DNA of 58,591 nucleotides from a virus (IMGVR_UViG_3300029624_000135:1-58591), one strand, 5' to 3'; counted from the first letter of the stretch, positions 38,524 to 49,225 are shown. Notes: generated by a model not told the origin, from the sequence alone. Made by a program: numbers and translations.

Positions 38524-39998
38524 AATGGCAAATCATCGTTATCATGTTCTGGTAAATCAAATGCCTCTGCAGCGCTTACCGGGACCAAGTCCGGTTCCTG
38601 TTCTTCCAAATCCGAGAAAAGTGTGTACTTAGCCTCAAATCCAACCCTATTCCTCACCAATCCTCCATTCCTGTTCTTTGCAACGATATATTCGCATTCT
38701 CCTTGAGTTGGAACATTGTTGTATTCATCCCATTGATCGATATTGTAGTACTCTGGCCGATATAGGAACATTACCATATCGGCATCCTGTTCTATGGCTC
38801 CGGACTCCCTGAGATCGCTCAATTGTGGCCTTTTGTTGCCTCCACGTGTCTCAACAGCCCTTGACAGCTGTGATAATGCTATCACTGGTATTTTTAAATC
38901 ACCTGATATTTTTTTCAGACCTCTTGATATTTTTGAAATTTCCTGCTCACGGTTACCCCCCTTGGAACCTATCGATGCCGTCATCAACTGTAGATAATCC
39001 ACGACCAATAATCCAATGTTGTGTTTACGCTTTAAAATTTTCGCTTTTATCTGAAGTTCATCAATGGAAAGTGAAGAAGTATCGTCAATGTGGATTGGCA
39101 TTTTTTGGAAATCCTTCGAAATTGGCTCCAATACATTCAGGTCTTGGTCACTCAAACCGTGTACGTTGAATTTGTCCCCAGGTATCCTAGCTTTCATGGA
39201 CAAGATTCTATCAATGAGCTTGGCGCTGCTCATTTCAAGAGAAAATATACAAACAGGTGTTTTGTTCTCTGCAGCGTGCAAAGCAATTGTCAAAGCAAAA
39301 CTTGTCTTTCCCATTCCTGGTCTAGCTGCCAATATTATCAGCTCTTCATCCCTGAACCCCCCGGTTCTTCTGGTAAGTTTTTTGAACGGTGTTTCAAGAC
39401 CCGGTTTTATCTCACCCTTGTAAATCTTTCTGCCTTTTTCAATTTGCGCAATTACGGTTTCACCAAATGAAGATTCAGTTTTCTTTATTGCACTTTCGGT
39501 AACCGAGTTCAAATTGTCGTAGGTCTGGTCCAACAAATCGAACACATCGGCATCCTCTTTGTAGGCGTTCTCAATGGACTCATTTGAAACCCTGATCAAA
39601 CTACGCTGTATGTATTTCTGGAGAATGATCCTTGAATGAAATTCAATGTGCGCACTTGATGAAACCTTTTGTGTCAACTGAACCAATGCCATGTCCCCTC
39701 CAATGGATTCCAGTTTTCCTTTGGACTTTAAATTTTTGGAAACCGTCAACAAATCAATGGGTTCGTTGTTCTTGAAAAGATTATGGATGCTCTCAAATAT
39801 TTGCTGGTGGGCATCTTTGTAAAAAGCATCCTTGAACATAAACTCCATTATCTCAAAAGAACCGCGCTCATCGATCATCAATGCACCAAGGACAGCTTCT
39901 TCCATGTCCAATGCCTGTGGCGGAATCTTTCCGATGTTGATCAATCCACTTTTGTAGGATGAATTCGAAAGTTTGTTATGTTGCTCAGTTTTTACCAT
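38520..39998 (-). CDS. dnaB: Replicative DNA helicase
   Basis: AARPGMGKT, VDYLQL, SQLSR and LRESGAIEQDAD motifs. Confidence 0.95.
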   Translation of the reverse strand: MVKTEQHNKLSNSSYKSGLINIGKIPPQALDMEEAVLGALMIDERGSFEIMEFMFKDAFYKDAHQQIFESIHNLFKNNEPIDLLTVSKNLKSKGKLESIGGDMALVQLTQKVSSSAHIEFHSRIILQKYIQRSLIRVSNESIENAYKEDADVFDLLDQTYDNLNSVTESAIKKTESSFGETVIAQIEKGRKIYKGEIKPGLETPFKKLTRRTGGFRDEELIILAARPGMGKTSFALTIALHAAENKTPVCIFSLEMSSAKLIDRILSMKARIPGDKFNVHGLSDQDLNVLEPISKDFQKMPIHIDDTSSLSIDELQIKAKILKRKHNIGLLVVDYLQLMTASIGSKGGNREQEISKISRGLKKISGDLKIPVIALSQLSRAVETRGGNKRPQLSDLRESGAIEQDADMVMFLYRPEYYNIDQWDEYNNVPTQGECEYIVAKNRNGGLVRNRVGFEAKYTLFSDLEEQEPDLVPVSAAEAFDLPEHDNDDLPF

Positions 39999-40861
39999 TA
40001 TCCGATTGGGATTCTACTTGTCGTGTTGTTGTTTTGGTTTGATGATTTACTGGTTTGAGGTATTGATTGCACATACTTCTCGAACTTGTCCGACCTGCTT
40101 ATGAACTCCAGAGTCAGGAACTTTGGATTCTCGATATGGTATGGATCCTGACTGCAGTTTTTAATGGCAATGAGAATTTGTTGTCTGGAATAACCCTCTT
40201 TTAGTCTTGCCCTAATCTGCCTTTTGGCCTTATCAGGAACAACCCTAGCCTTTTTACCAGTTATTTCATTGAATTTTTGGAGAAGCAATTCCCAATCTAT
40301 TTTTGGGTTTTTAGAATTTGAATTCTCGCTTGAATCCCCTTTAGGGGGTTTGGGGGTATTTTTCTTTTCTTTAGTATACTCTTCTTTACTTTGTGGTTTT
40401 ACGGAACCTTCACTTTCACTTTTTGATGGTTTATGGTTACTTTTTGAGGGTTTACGTATCCCTAAACTCTCTAAAAGGATGAACAATGATTTTTTGTTGA
40501 TACATTCATTTAACCTTTTTTTGTAGGCATCTTTTATGCTTTCAACAAATTTTTCGTTGAATAATATTCTGTTTTCAACCCAAAGTTTCTCATCAAATTC
40601 ACGAAGTCTTATCAAGTCATCTATGATACTTTCCAACAAATCTTCGCTCACCATACATCTATCAGATAAGAACATGACCTGAACTTCATCAGAGAGGTTC
40701 AAATAATGATAATCGGTATTTCCCAATTCCTCCAAAATCTTGAACCATACAGCATATCCATCATTGCCGTATTTCTTTTCCAGATAACTCATCTTTTTAC
40801 TGTGCTTCACCGGATGAGGAAAGTATTCCACCTTATTTCTTTGGGGTCTGGCCATAATCAA
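39998..40861 (-). CDS. Phage replication initiator (DUF4373-like N-terminus)
   Basis: MARP..YFPH, YGNDGYAVWFKILE; directly upstream of dnaB. Confidence 0.75.
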   Translation of the reverse strand: MIMARPQRNKVEYFPHPVKHSKKMSYLEKKYGNDGYAVWFKILEELGNTDYHYLNLSDEVQVMFLSDRCMVSEDLLESIIDDLIRLREFDEKLWVENRILFNEKFVESIKDAYKKRLNECINKKSLFILLESLGIRKPSKSNHKPSKSESEGSVKPQSKEEYTKEKKNTPKPPKGDSSENSNSKNPKIDWELLLQKFNEITGKKARVVPDKAKRQIRARLKEGYSRQQILIAIKNCSQDPYHIENPKFLTLEFISRSDKFEKYVQSIPQTSKSSNQNNNTTSRIPIG

Positions 40862-43584
40862 TCTTTGATATTAAATAGTCCCATCATATTGTCCACAAAG
40901 GACATTTCCATGGTGTCCGTGGCCCCGGTTATCGTATTGGCCACGTGTCTTTTTTCCTGAATCATTTTATAGAGGTCTTCGTCAACGGTGTTGTTTCCAA
41001 GGAAGTAGGTGCACATCACATTGTTCTTTTGACCAATACGGTGTGCCCTGTCCTCACATTGAACACAATCGGCATATGTCCATGGGTATTCCACGAATGC
41101 CACCCTAGAAGAAGCTGTTAAAGTGATACCCACACCTGCAGCCTTTATATTGCATATAATGAGCTTTGTATCATCATCGTTCTGAAATGCATCGATAGCC
41201 TCTTGTTTCTTTTGGGAATTGTCCCGACCTGTTACCGTTACAGCTTTTGGAAACTCCCTTAGCAGCTCATCAACAATCGAATGGAGCACACAGAACACAA
41301 TCAATTTTTCCCCTGAATCATTGACCTCACGAATGAATTCCTTTACCTCATTGAGTTTTCCCAATGCGGAAATCCTTTTCAACTCACCCATCTTGACCAT
41401 TATCTCCCCGCGCATTTTTTTGGCAATCTCCTTGTCGCTGCAACCGCTTTCCTTGAGGTATTGTTCGAATTCGTGGAACGCTTTGTTGTACTCTTTTCTA
41501 GTTGTAATGTCACATAGGATGGTCTGGCGCTGCTTGTCGGGAAGATCTTTTGCAACATCCTTCTTCTCCCTTCGGAAAAAACAGTATTTGTTGATCAGAT
41601 AGTTAAGTTCTTTTAGGTTGGCAGCACCGGAACCACCCTCACAATACCTCGCCAAAAATCCTTTTCTGCCACCAAATTGGTTGTGTCTTCCAAGAATGGC
41701 CAATTGTGGGAACAGGTCGATGGGTTTATTGACCACAGAGGTACCGGTTAGCAGAATCACATATTCCTTTCCGTGGGCAATCCTAAGAACCAATTTGGAC
41801 TGTTGGGTCTTGATATCCTTGCACCGATGGGATTCATCCACAATTATGGATTTGAACAAATTGATGTTGGGATTCATTTTGATTTGATCCGAACGCCTGA
41901 GCTTCCCTTTTGGCGGCATATATTCCACAAAGAACTTTTTTAGGCTCTCAAAATTTGTGATAAAGGCATCGGCCACTCCCATCTGGTGAAAATTCGGCCA
42001 AGTGGTTTTATTGGAATTGTCAAGAATCATGGCCTTTAGATCGGTCCATTCCTCGAACTCGCGCTCCCAAGTGGTTTTCATGGCTGCTGGACATATTACC
42101 AGAGTAGGAAATACATCGTATCCTTTAAGGGATAATGCCAATAGTGTTGAAATCGACTGTATGGTGTTATGCGTAGGTACATAGTGATTGGTCAAATAGA
42201 TACAATCCTTATTACTTACTGAAATACATACATGCTCATGCTTTCCAACCTTTTCAACTTTTGAAATGTATCTTGAAGTGAATTTTCTTTTACGTTTCCA
42301 ACATTGGTTCAGTTTATCAGTCAATGTGAATGGAAAAAAATCTGATTTGATGCTTACTTGGTACTCCAATCCTTTTTCACCCCTATCATATTCTCTTACC
42401 CTCACTAAACCTCCAAGGCTTTGAACCAACTCAGAAATACCATCCACCAAACCACTCGACATTGTATGGTAAGTAATTCTGTTTCTCCTGGCAGAACCAT
42501 CTGTATCCATAAGGCCCATCAATAATTCCTTTCTTTGCTCAACGCTTGCCTGTAAGTATTCAATCGGAACAAATTTGTCCTTGCTATGGACATTTATACC
42601 TAACCTTTTTATTTCCTTTTGAAAGGGATTTGCTTTAGTTGTTCCAGTTTGGGTGATGTAATATTGAGGACAATCAGGATGTCTATTGATATAAACTTTT
42701 AAGTTATCCGGAAGCAAGGATTCAATCCTATTTTTAATTTCCATTTGATGATCAGGAATACTGATGCATGGTGTCTTCCCTGTCATACAACCATCACCAA
42801 GTAGGCAACCCATAATGTACGGGTGGATGATAAAATGCTTGTTCTGGTATTCAACCGGTGAAATTGAAGGCAATTCCCATTTTAAAATTGGTTTAGCACC
42901 GTATGCCACCCGTTTCGGATTGGATTTGTATTCAATGCCTTGTTCCAATAATTCTTTAAGGGTTTTATTGGTCCATCCTTTTCCTCTTCTTCGTCTATTT
43001 TGGTCCCTTACTATCCATAAGTGCTCCAAATTGCAATCAACATGAAATCCATCATTGAAGTGAACTCTATAAGTTTCATTTTCACTTTGTGGAAATACTC
43101 CAGTTACTTTTTGAGTTTTACCATCAAGTCCAAACACTAAATCACCAATTTTGATATCGCCAAATGTTTTCCATCCTTGGGGTGTAGCAATCTTTGAATA
43201 AACAGGTTGTGCTTTACCAAGCCCCTGTTCGTCCCCATTGATAAATCTTTTAAGCTGCATACCCCTAGCTACTCCCTTACCTTGGTATTCGCGAAGCTGA
43301 AAGCCTTTAGGATGTGATAGAGGAAGCTCCAAATCCAATTCTGGAAGCTCAGGCAACTCCCCTATCTCAATCCTTTGTGAATTATCAACTTTAATGACCT
43401 CGGCCCTGCAACGCTTGGCCAGTTCATTGACTAAATCACGATGTGCTATAGGAACCCTCCAAACCTTTTTGTTTGGATTCCACCTTCTTTCCGGTAGTTC
43501 TTTTACCATGGCAAGATTTCTCTTGGTGTAGTGGTTAAAGGGCACCGTAATGTTAAACTCTGAATTCAATTCAACTATCTGCAT
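40858..43584 (-). CDS. SNF2-family helicase containing an intein
   Basis: DEQGLGK|T, VDESH and QCEDRAHRIGQ motifs. Confidence 0.92.
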   Translation of the reverse strand: MQIVELNSEFNITVPFNHYTKRNLAMVKELPERRWNPNKKVWRVPIAHRDLVNELAKRCRAEVIKVDNSQRIEIGELPELPELDLELPLSHPKGFQLREYQGKGVARGMQLKRFINGDEQGLGKAQPVYSKIATPQGWKTFGDIKIGDLVFGLDGKTQKVTGVFPQSENETYRVHFNDGFHVDCNLEHLWIVRDQNRRRRGKGWTNKTLKELLEQGIEYKSNPKRVAYGAKPILKWELPSISPVEYQNKHFIIHPYIMGCLLGDGCMTGKTPCISIPDHQMEIKNRIESLLPDNLKVYINRHPDCPQYYITQTGTTKANPFQKEIKRLGINVHSKDKFVPIEYLQASVEQRKELLMGLMDTDGSARRNRITYHTMSSGLVDGISELVQSLGGLVRVREYDRGEKGLEYQVSIKSDFFPFTLTDKLNQCWKRKRKFTSRYISKVEKVGKHEHVCISVSNKDCIYLTNHYVPTHNTIQSISTLLALSLKGYDVFPTLVICPAAMKTTWEREFEEWTDLKAMILDNSNKTTWPNFHQMGVADAFITNFESLKKFFVEYMPPKGKLRRSDQIKMNPNINLFKSIIVDESHRCKDIKTQQSKLVLRIAHGKEYVILLTGTSVVNKPIDLFPQLAILGRHNQFGGRKGFLARYCEGGSGAANLKELNYLINKYCFFRREKKDVAKDLPDKQRQTILCDITTRKEYNKAFHEFEQYLKESGCSDKEIAKKMRGEIMVKMGELKRISALGKLNEVKEFIREVNDSGEKLIVFCVLHSIVDELLREFPKAVTVTGRDNSQKKQEAIDAFQNDDDTKLIICNIKAAGVGITLTASSRVAFVEYPWTYADCVQCEDRAHRIGQKNNVMCTYFLGNNTVDEDLYKMIQEKRHVANTITGATDTMEMSFVDNMMGLFNIKD
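42166..43212 (-). mobile_element. Class 3 intein (349 aa) with LAGLIDADG homing endonuclease
   Basis: Starts with Ala, EHLW block B, VCISV block F, THN|T end; LLGDG and GLMDTDG motifs. Confidence 0.88.
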
Positions 43585-43593
43585 GTGAAATAT

Positions 43594-44166
43594 CTATTCA
43601 GATTCAACAGCACCGGCACTCACTTCAATGCCCTTGGATTTCATATCACTGACAAAACCGTCAAAGAGGTCACCTTGATCACTTGGGGCATGCTTGCCGT
43701 TGATATATTCATTGATTTCCACTTTCACCACTTCAATGGCTTCGGAAAGTTCACGGCAATATTTGTAATGCTTATCATCCCATTTGACCTTTGGTGATGT
43801 CCATTTGATGTTGGAACCTCGTTCCAAAAGCCTGGTACCAGATATTTCAACTCCCTCGGTTTCTCCATTGCCAACAACCTTGAATTGGTTCACCTGGTAT
43901 TTCTGCTTCAACGGATGGTCCTCTTCCGCATCAAAACCATTTTGAATAAGCTTATTAGCCTCCTTTTCTGTGATTTGCTCCGATATGAGTGCGAAATGGG
44001 GTATGAGGTTGTTGAATGCATCAACAAGGTCTTGGTGCACTGCACCGTCCGAACTTGTGTTGACAACATCGCGTTTAGGATTGTCCCCTTCGGTTGTTTG
44101 GATATATGAGTATCCAAGTGAGGACAATCCCTTAAAGTTTCCTGATACAATTTCAATTGATTTCAT
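43594..44166 (-). CDS. Hypothetical phage protein
   Basis: ORF in operon. Confidence 0.65.
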   Translation of the reverse strand: MKSIEIVSGNFKGLSSLGYSYIQTTEGDNPKRDVVNTSSDGAVHQDLVDAFNNLIPHFALISEQITEKEANKLIQNGFDAEEDHPLKQKYQVNQFKVVGNGETEGVEISGTRLLERGSNIKWTSPKVKWDDKHYKYCRELSEAIEVVKVEINEYINGKHAPSDQGDLFDGFVSDMKSKGIEVSAGAVESE

Positions 44167-44186
44167 AAAGTTTTATTTATTTTGGA

Positions 44187-45392
44187 TTACTTAATTGATT
44201 TCGTTTCATTGACAGCCCATTTTTTAAATGCCTTGAACTTTGCATCTATCTCAAGGATTTTGTTTACTGCCTCGATATCCATTCCAGACTCATTGATTTC
44301 AGGTATGGAAAATGAGTTGACCCAATTGGTTATTTTTTGTTTTTGAGGTGCCAATGCTGCTTTTCTATCAGCTTCTTCCTTGGCCTGCTTTTCAGCTTGA
44401 ATGCGCCTGTTTTCAGCTTCCTCAGCATCTTTCTTCTTTTTCAGTTCAGCCTCAATACGCGCCTTTTCCTCTCGCTCTTTTTTGAGTTTGGCATCAGCTT
44501 TCTTTTTTCTTTCAATTGCTGATTCAATATCCTTTTGATATTCAGTAAACTCACCTTCTGTAAAATTTCCTAGCTGCTCAGGGTATACAGACCATACATC
44601 CTTGAGGACAAAGTCATATCCCTGCTTTTTAAAACCATACTTTTCAGTGAGAATACTCCCTCTATCCTCAATTCTTTTAAGCCAAGCATCTCTCTCATCC
44701 TTCTCCTTGGCAATCTTTTCCTGTTCGGCACGTTCCTTTTCCTCAGCTTCCTTTTTTAATCGCTCATTTTCCTTTCTGATTCGTTCCCTTTCTTCAGATT
44801 CAGCTTTTTCTTTTGCGATTCGTTCTTTTTCCAATCTTTCCTTTTCAGCCTTGTCCAAATCGAATAGCCTTTTAGCTTTGGATAGTTCTGCATTGAACAT
44901 TTCATTGTCCATTTTCCTCAAATCCAAGGAGTGTATTTGGCAGAATTCTTGGTACGGCAACAATTGATCAATACGGTCTTTTTCAATTTTATCAAGGCGC
45001 TCAGCTTCTTTCCTTTCTGCAAACTTTTCCTTTTCTTCAAGCTTCGACTCTAGATTTTTAAAAGTGGCCTCAACCATTTGAAATGACTTGAGCCAAAGTT
45101 TATCCTCCAACTGGAAGTCAGCCATTTTAGCTTTGACCTCATTTCTTTTTTCAGTAACTAATTTTTTACATTCAATACGTTGATTTTTCAATGTCAATCT
45201 TGCCTCTCTGGCCATTTTCATTTTACCAGTTTCAGTGACATCTTTTATTTGAAGTGTCTGGATTGTATCATTCCATTCATTTGCTTTTTCAAAAAAGCTG
45301 CCCAAGGTTTTGGAGATTAATTCTCCTTTTGATTTTTCGATTCCAGATTCCTGTACTACGGTTGATAATTCTGTTGTGTTTAATGCTTCCAT
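44187..45392 (-). CDS. Long coiled-coil phage protein
   Basis: E/K/R/A-rich helical sequence. Confidence 0.75.
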   Translation of the reverse strand: MEALNTTELSTVVQESGIEKSKGELISKTLGSFFEKANEWNDTIQTLQIKDVTETGKMKMAREARLTLKNQRIECKKLVTEKRNEVKAKMADFQLEDKLWLKSFQMVEATFKNLESKLEEKEKFAERKEAERLDKIEKDRIDQLLPYQEFCQIHSLDLRKMDNEMFNAELSKAKRLFDLDKAEKERLEKERIAKEKAESEERERIRKENERLKKEAEEKERAEQEKIAKEKDERDAWLKRIEDRGSILTEKYGFKKQGYDFVLKDVWSVYPEQLGNFTEGEFTEYQKDIESAIERKKKADAKLKKEREEKARIEAELKKKKDAEEAENRRIQAEKQAKEEADRKAALAPQKQKITNWVNSFSIPEINESGMDIEAVNKILEIDAKFKAFKKWAVNETKSIK

Positions 45393-45402
45393 TTTGTTTT
45401 AA

Positions 45403-45816
45403 TTAGAAATATTGTTCTACGTTGTCGATGATATCCTGTTTATCGAAGTTGAAGTGCTCCACTATTACATCCAGAACCCTCGAATACAGTTCCCCAAATT
45501 CATACTCTGACATACTGCCAAAACTGATGCTCTTTGCCTCCCTCTGCTGAACCCCGTCCAAATCGAACCATTCATCATAAAACCCTGCAGCTATTATCAA
45601 ATCCTTTCGAAGTCTATCAGGGTTGGTGTATCGCTCTTGGTTCTCAAAGAGCATGTTGATCAGTGCAAAGAATTTCCTGTGAAACTTCAAGTTCCTAGGC
45701 TGCTTTACATCACATTGGTAAACTTCTCCCACCTTTAGTTTTTTGACCTTGTCATAATCCGAGTTATGGGCCACTTTGAACGAGTTGTTGAGTTGTTTTA
45801 CCACAAATAGCTTCAT
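45403..45816 (-). CDS. DUF1367-like protein
   Basis: PRNLKFHRKFFAL and KSISFGSM motifs. Confidence 0.75.
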   Translation of the reverse strand: MKLFVVKQLNNSFKVAHNSDYDKVKKLKVGEVYQCDVKQPRNLKFHRKFFALINMLFENQERYTNPDRLRKDLIIAAGFYDEWFDLDGVQQREAKSISFGSMSEYEFGELYSRVLDVIVEHFNFDKQDIIDNVEQYF

Positions 45817-46277
45817 ACCTCAGTGAATTCTGATTTTACCGTTTCTATGTCCACACCTCCATTCTTCAACCTTTGATACATAGCTTGGGACCAAACCTTG
45901 ACCTCTTTACATGTTTTAAGAGAGAACATCCCTATATGGGTGTATTCTTCCGGTGTTCCCAAATAATCCGATAACCATTCATACAGTTCGCCCCTTTTTA
46001 CAAATCCTCTTTTCCAAATTCTGTCAAAGTGCTTATGAGCTTCCTTCTTCGCCACCCTAAGGCTTTGTTTTGCCAACCTCCCCAATGGAACACCATTGTC
46101 GTGAGTTCCTACATAGCTATCGCACCGGGGATAGTTCTTGCATGCAATGATCACCCTGTTACTGAAGGTTCTTCCATATATCTGCAGTTCACTCATCATT
46201 TTGGTTTCACTTTTGCAGTATGGGCAAATCTTCCCAGTGTAGACATCTACTTGGTATGGTGTGAGGGTATCGCACAT
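45813..46277 (-). CDS. Zinc-finger protein (DUF3268-like)
   Basis: CPYC, CDSYVGTH, PLGRLA and HIGMF motifs. Confidence 0.75.
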   Translation of the reverse strand: MCDTLTPYQVDVYTGKICPYCKSETKMMSELQIYGRTFSNRVIIACKNYPRCDSYVGTHDNGVPLGRLAKQSLRVAKKEAHKHFDRIWKRGFVKRGELYEWLSDYLGTPEEYTHIGMFSLKTCKEVKVWSQAMYQRLKNGGVDIETVKSEFTEV

Positions 46278-46282
46278 TGGAT

Positions 46283-47035
46283 TTAATCCAGTTTTATTCC
46301 TGTGATTTCCTCAAATACTGAAGAATCAAAATTTGGAAGTGATCTCAGTAGTGATTTGTCGTGTTCAGAAGCTGTATCAAAAGCGTTTTTCCAAGCCTCC
46401 TTATAACTGAAAACCTTAAGGTATCCGTCACATACATATGCCTTTGAATGAATCTTCTTTTCCTCATCTGTCATGTCACTGAACCAAATCCATTTTGTTG
46501 TATTTAATTCATAAATGAAACCTGGCTTTTCTGCATTTTCCCAATCAGATTTTTTACATGGTTTATTGAAGACTAGGATTGTGTCAGGAACAACGGAATT
46601 GAAAAATCCGTTGTTTCCGTCGCCACTATTCCAGTCGCCACTATTCCCGTAGCCACTATTCCTAGAGCCACTATTCCAGTCGCCACTATTCCTAGAGCCA
46701 CTATTCCAGTCGCCACTATTCCAGTCGCCACTATTCCAGTCGCCACTATTCCTAGAGCCACTATTCCTAGAGCCACTATTCCCGTAGCCACTATTCCCGT
46801 AGCCCGTGTTGTCGTTTCCTGAATTCAACAAATTCAGGAAAACGACACCAAAGTGCTCCAAGGATTCCTGGTCACTCAATAATTTATTCTCATAGCACCA
46901 TGAAAGGTTATCATTAATGACTTGTTTTAACTCATCATAATTCTCAGCTTTCAACGCCTTTTTATATTGATCTGAGCATGCCCGTAATTCCTTTGCTCTA
47001 TTGAGTATACATTCTTTTGCTTTGATAAAATCCAT
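46283..47035 (-). CDS. G-x-x-N-S pentapeptide-repeat protein
   Basis: 12 repeats; C-terminal [13 protein letters not shown]. Confidence 0.85.
   Translation of the reverse strand: MDFIKAKECILNRAKELRACSDQYKKALKAENYDELKQVINDNLSWCYENKLLSDQESLEHFGVVFLNLLNSGNDNTGYGNSGYGNSGSRNSGSRNSGDWNSGDWNSGDWNSGSRNSGDWNSGSRNSGYGNSGDWNSGDGNNGFFNSVVPDTILVFNKPCKKSDWENAEKPGFIYELNTTKWIWFSDMTDEEKKIHSKAYVCDGYLKVFSYKEAWKNAFDTASEHDKSLLRSLPNFDSSVFEEITGIKLD
46622..46801. repeat. 12 x 15-bp coding tandem repeat of three unit types
   Basis: GCCACTATTC followed by CAGTC, CTAGA or CCGTA. Confidence 0.95.
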
Positions 47036-47478
47036 TATTTTTTCTGCTTTAGGATGATTGATGATTTTCGATAGGACACTTCAGGAAGAACAATCTCTTC
47101 TCCATCCTCAGTAGCAGTCAGCATTCCTTTTTCCTTGGAAATGAAAGCTTGCTTGTGAACCTCTTCACATTCCTTCATTTGTTTTTTAAGTGAGTCCCAT
47201 TCAGGAATATGGTTGTACTTGAAGGTTCGACCTCCATTTCTGATTTCAATGTCCCATCCCTTGAATCCTTCGGGATGCTCTTTGGATGCTTCCTCTATTT
47301 GATCGAAATAAGTGTCTTTGAAAGATTTGGCAATTGCCAATGTCTGTTCCAGACTTTTTCTTTCTTCCTCCATTCTAATTAGGGCATCAAGGTGTCCCAG
47401 TTCTCCATTTTCTACTTGATGAATCATACTCATCATTTCATCCTGCATTTGAACATGCATATCTTTTGTTGTAATCAT
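47035..47478 (-). CDS. Hypothetical protein next to the SSAP
   Basis: ORF in operon. Confidence 0.65.
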   Translation of the reverse strand: MITTKDMHVQMQDEMMSMIHQVENGELGHLDALIRMEEERKSLEQTLAIAKSFKDTYFDQIEEASKEHPEGFKGWDIEIRNGGRTFKYNHIPEWDSLKKQMKECEEVHKQAFISKEKGMLTATEDGEEIVLPEVSYRKSSIILKQKK

Positions 47479-47481
47479 GAT

Positions 47482-48336
47482 TTAAGATTTTTGTGGTTGG
47501 AATTTTAATACTTCGTTCAAGGCTTCTTCCGTGGCCTTGCTGACTTTGTAGTGCTTTTTCACTTGCTTAACTTCAGTGATGGTGCCAGTATTGATGCCTT
47601 TTAGCACATTGAGCCATTCACGGGTAAAGTCCTTTCCGGACATTTTGTTAAGCCAAGGTTTCCCTTGATCAGAATCGCGATTGGTGCCATTGGAATTTCC
47701 TGATGGTTTCGCTGCATTTTGGTTTGAAGTTCCGTTTGTAGGTCTCTGGGCAGTTTGCTGATTAGCACTACCGTTCGTTTTGGAACTGGAATCATACCTT
47801 AGTTTACCGTTCTGATCGGTTCCTACCAGTTTCAGGACTTTTCCACCCTTGAACTCAACAGACCACTTCCATTCCTTGATTTTCAGTTTCCAAGTGGCCC
47901 GGGCCTTCTTTTTGCCCTGGTATTCTTTGACATCGAACTCATCGGGGTTGAGCTTGACTTGAATCAAAGGGTATTCATACAATTCCCGTCCGATCCCCCA
48001 ACGGAAACCAGCGCGTTTAAAGGCATCACTGGCACGTCCCTTTTGCTTTTCAGTGTTGGATTCAACTCCAACATCCTGTCTCCAAATCCATTCATTTTCA
48101 ATCTTGATTCCAATGGAACAGAACAACTGTCCATCGATCAATTCATACTTGTCCTGCCAATTGGTTCCACAAACATCATCCAATCGGTTCATATCCACTC
48201 TGGCATCCTTGTATGGGATGATTGTGGCGTACCCACCAGTGTTAATGGACTGGACCCGAAAGTCCACTTCCTCAATTTTTAATGGCTCTTTCAGCCTGTT
48301 TAGGATTTTTTCCATAATTTTGACTTCTATATTCAA
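47482..48336 (-). CDS. Rad52/22-like single-strand annealing protein (Sak)
   Basis: YKDAR..MNRLD and KG.ASDAFKRAG..WGIGRELY motifs. Confidence 0.85.
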   Translation of the reverse strand: MNIEVKIMEKILNRLKEPLKIEEVDFRVQSINTGGYATIIPYKDARVDMNRLDDVCGTNWQDKYELIDGQLFCSIGIKIENEWIWRQDVGVESNTEKQKGRASDAFKRAGFRWGIGRELYEYPLIQVKLNPDEFDVKEYQGKKKARATWKLKIKEWKWSVEFKGGKVLKLVGTDQNGKLRYDSSSKTNGSANQQTAQRPTNGTSNQNAAKPSGNSNGTNRDSDQGKPWLNKMSGKDFTREWLNVLKGINTGTITEVKQVKKHYKVSKATEEALNEVLKFQPQKS

Positions 48337-48375
48337 CTATCTGTTAATGAATTGCCCTGTTAGCGCAGGGCTTTT

Positions 48376-48693
48376 TTATGCTTCCAGTTTTCCCCTGAAA
48401 TCCTCAAGGTCCAATCGTGTGATGATATAGTCCCTTCCTGATTTCAATGCTTTTAATTTGTGGACAATACCGCCCACCCTTTTCCCTTTGATGATGTACC
48501 GAATCAAGGTCACCTTGCTTACTCCAAGTTTTAAGGAAGCGTCTTTGGTGCCGAGCTTCTCATCACGCATCTTTTCTTCCTTGTATTTTTCAACGGCACG
48601 ATCGGCTGCAAATCCGGATACCTTCTCAATAAGTTTGTCCATGTAGTCCATACGCATTGTTATTGTGTTCCCCACTATAGAATAATCACTCAT
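48376..48693 (-). CDS. Excisionase-like HTH protein
   Basis: LGTKDASLKLGVSKVTLIRYI; Y.ITR.DLE. Confidence 0.7.
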   Translation of the reverse strand: MSDYSIVGNTITMRMDYMDKLIEKVSGFAADRAVEKYKEEKMRDEKLGTKDASLKLGVSKVTLIRYIIKGKRVGGIVHKLKALKSGRDYIITRLDLEDFRGKLEA

Positions 48694-48917
48694 ACCCCTA
48701 GTACTTTACCTTGGTTCTCATGTTGAAGTTTCATAGCATTTAGGAATATCTCATGTAAACGTTCCAAGTTTTGCTCAGGAACCTTTCCGTTATAGAGCCA
48801 GTGCTGTCTAAAGTATACACTGCTCTCCAAGCCAAACTCGTTCATGGCAGCTTGTTCAGCCTTTTTTTTTGTTTCAGAGGACATCATGTCCCACAGTTCC
48901 TTAATATTCGATATCAT
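48690..48917 (-). CDS. Cro-like small regulator (probable)
   Basis: Size, helical pattern, position in the early operon. Confidence 0.45.
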   Translation of the reverse strand: MISNIKELWDMMSSETKKKAEQAAMNEFGLESSVYFRQHWLYNGKVPEQNLERLHEIFLNAMKLQHENQGKVLGV

Positions 48918-49225
48918 TGTGTAATTGCTTTGAAATAATCGATGTTATAATCCCTTCCGGTAACCTTTTTGTACATTGGAAGAATGACAGCGGAAATGGC
49001 TTTTTGTCTTGATTCGGATGTAGATTCGTTCTCCATTTCGTCTAAATATTTTGCGATGAAATCGACAATGTTCATCTTGAAGAAATCATTCTTCATCCAA
49101 ACTGACACATACAGATTTCGTTGTGCCTTCCAGAATATCTCCGGATACACCTCTTGAATCCTCCCTGTCAGGTTGTTGTTTTGCTGCGATGAAAGGCTTC
49201 TCAGCCACTTTAAAAAAGTCTTCAT
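48914..49225 (-). CDS. Hypothetical early protein
   Basis: ORF in operon. Confidence 0.6.
   Translation of the reverse strand: MKTFLKWLRSLSSQQNNNLTGRIQEVYPEIFWKAQRNLYVSVWMKNDFFKMNIVDFIAKYLDEMENESTSESRQKAISAVILPMYKKVTGRDYNIDYFKAITQ

Noticed and set aside
46622-46801. CRISPR-like array
   Set aside because: 15-bp period with no unique spacers, in-frame coding, and no cas genes.
48354-48377. Plus-strand terminator implying an antisense RNA in the early operon
   Set aside because: A hairpin with T tract is present, but no matching plus-strand promoter was identified.
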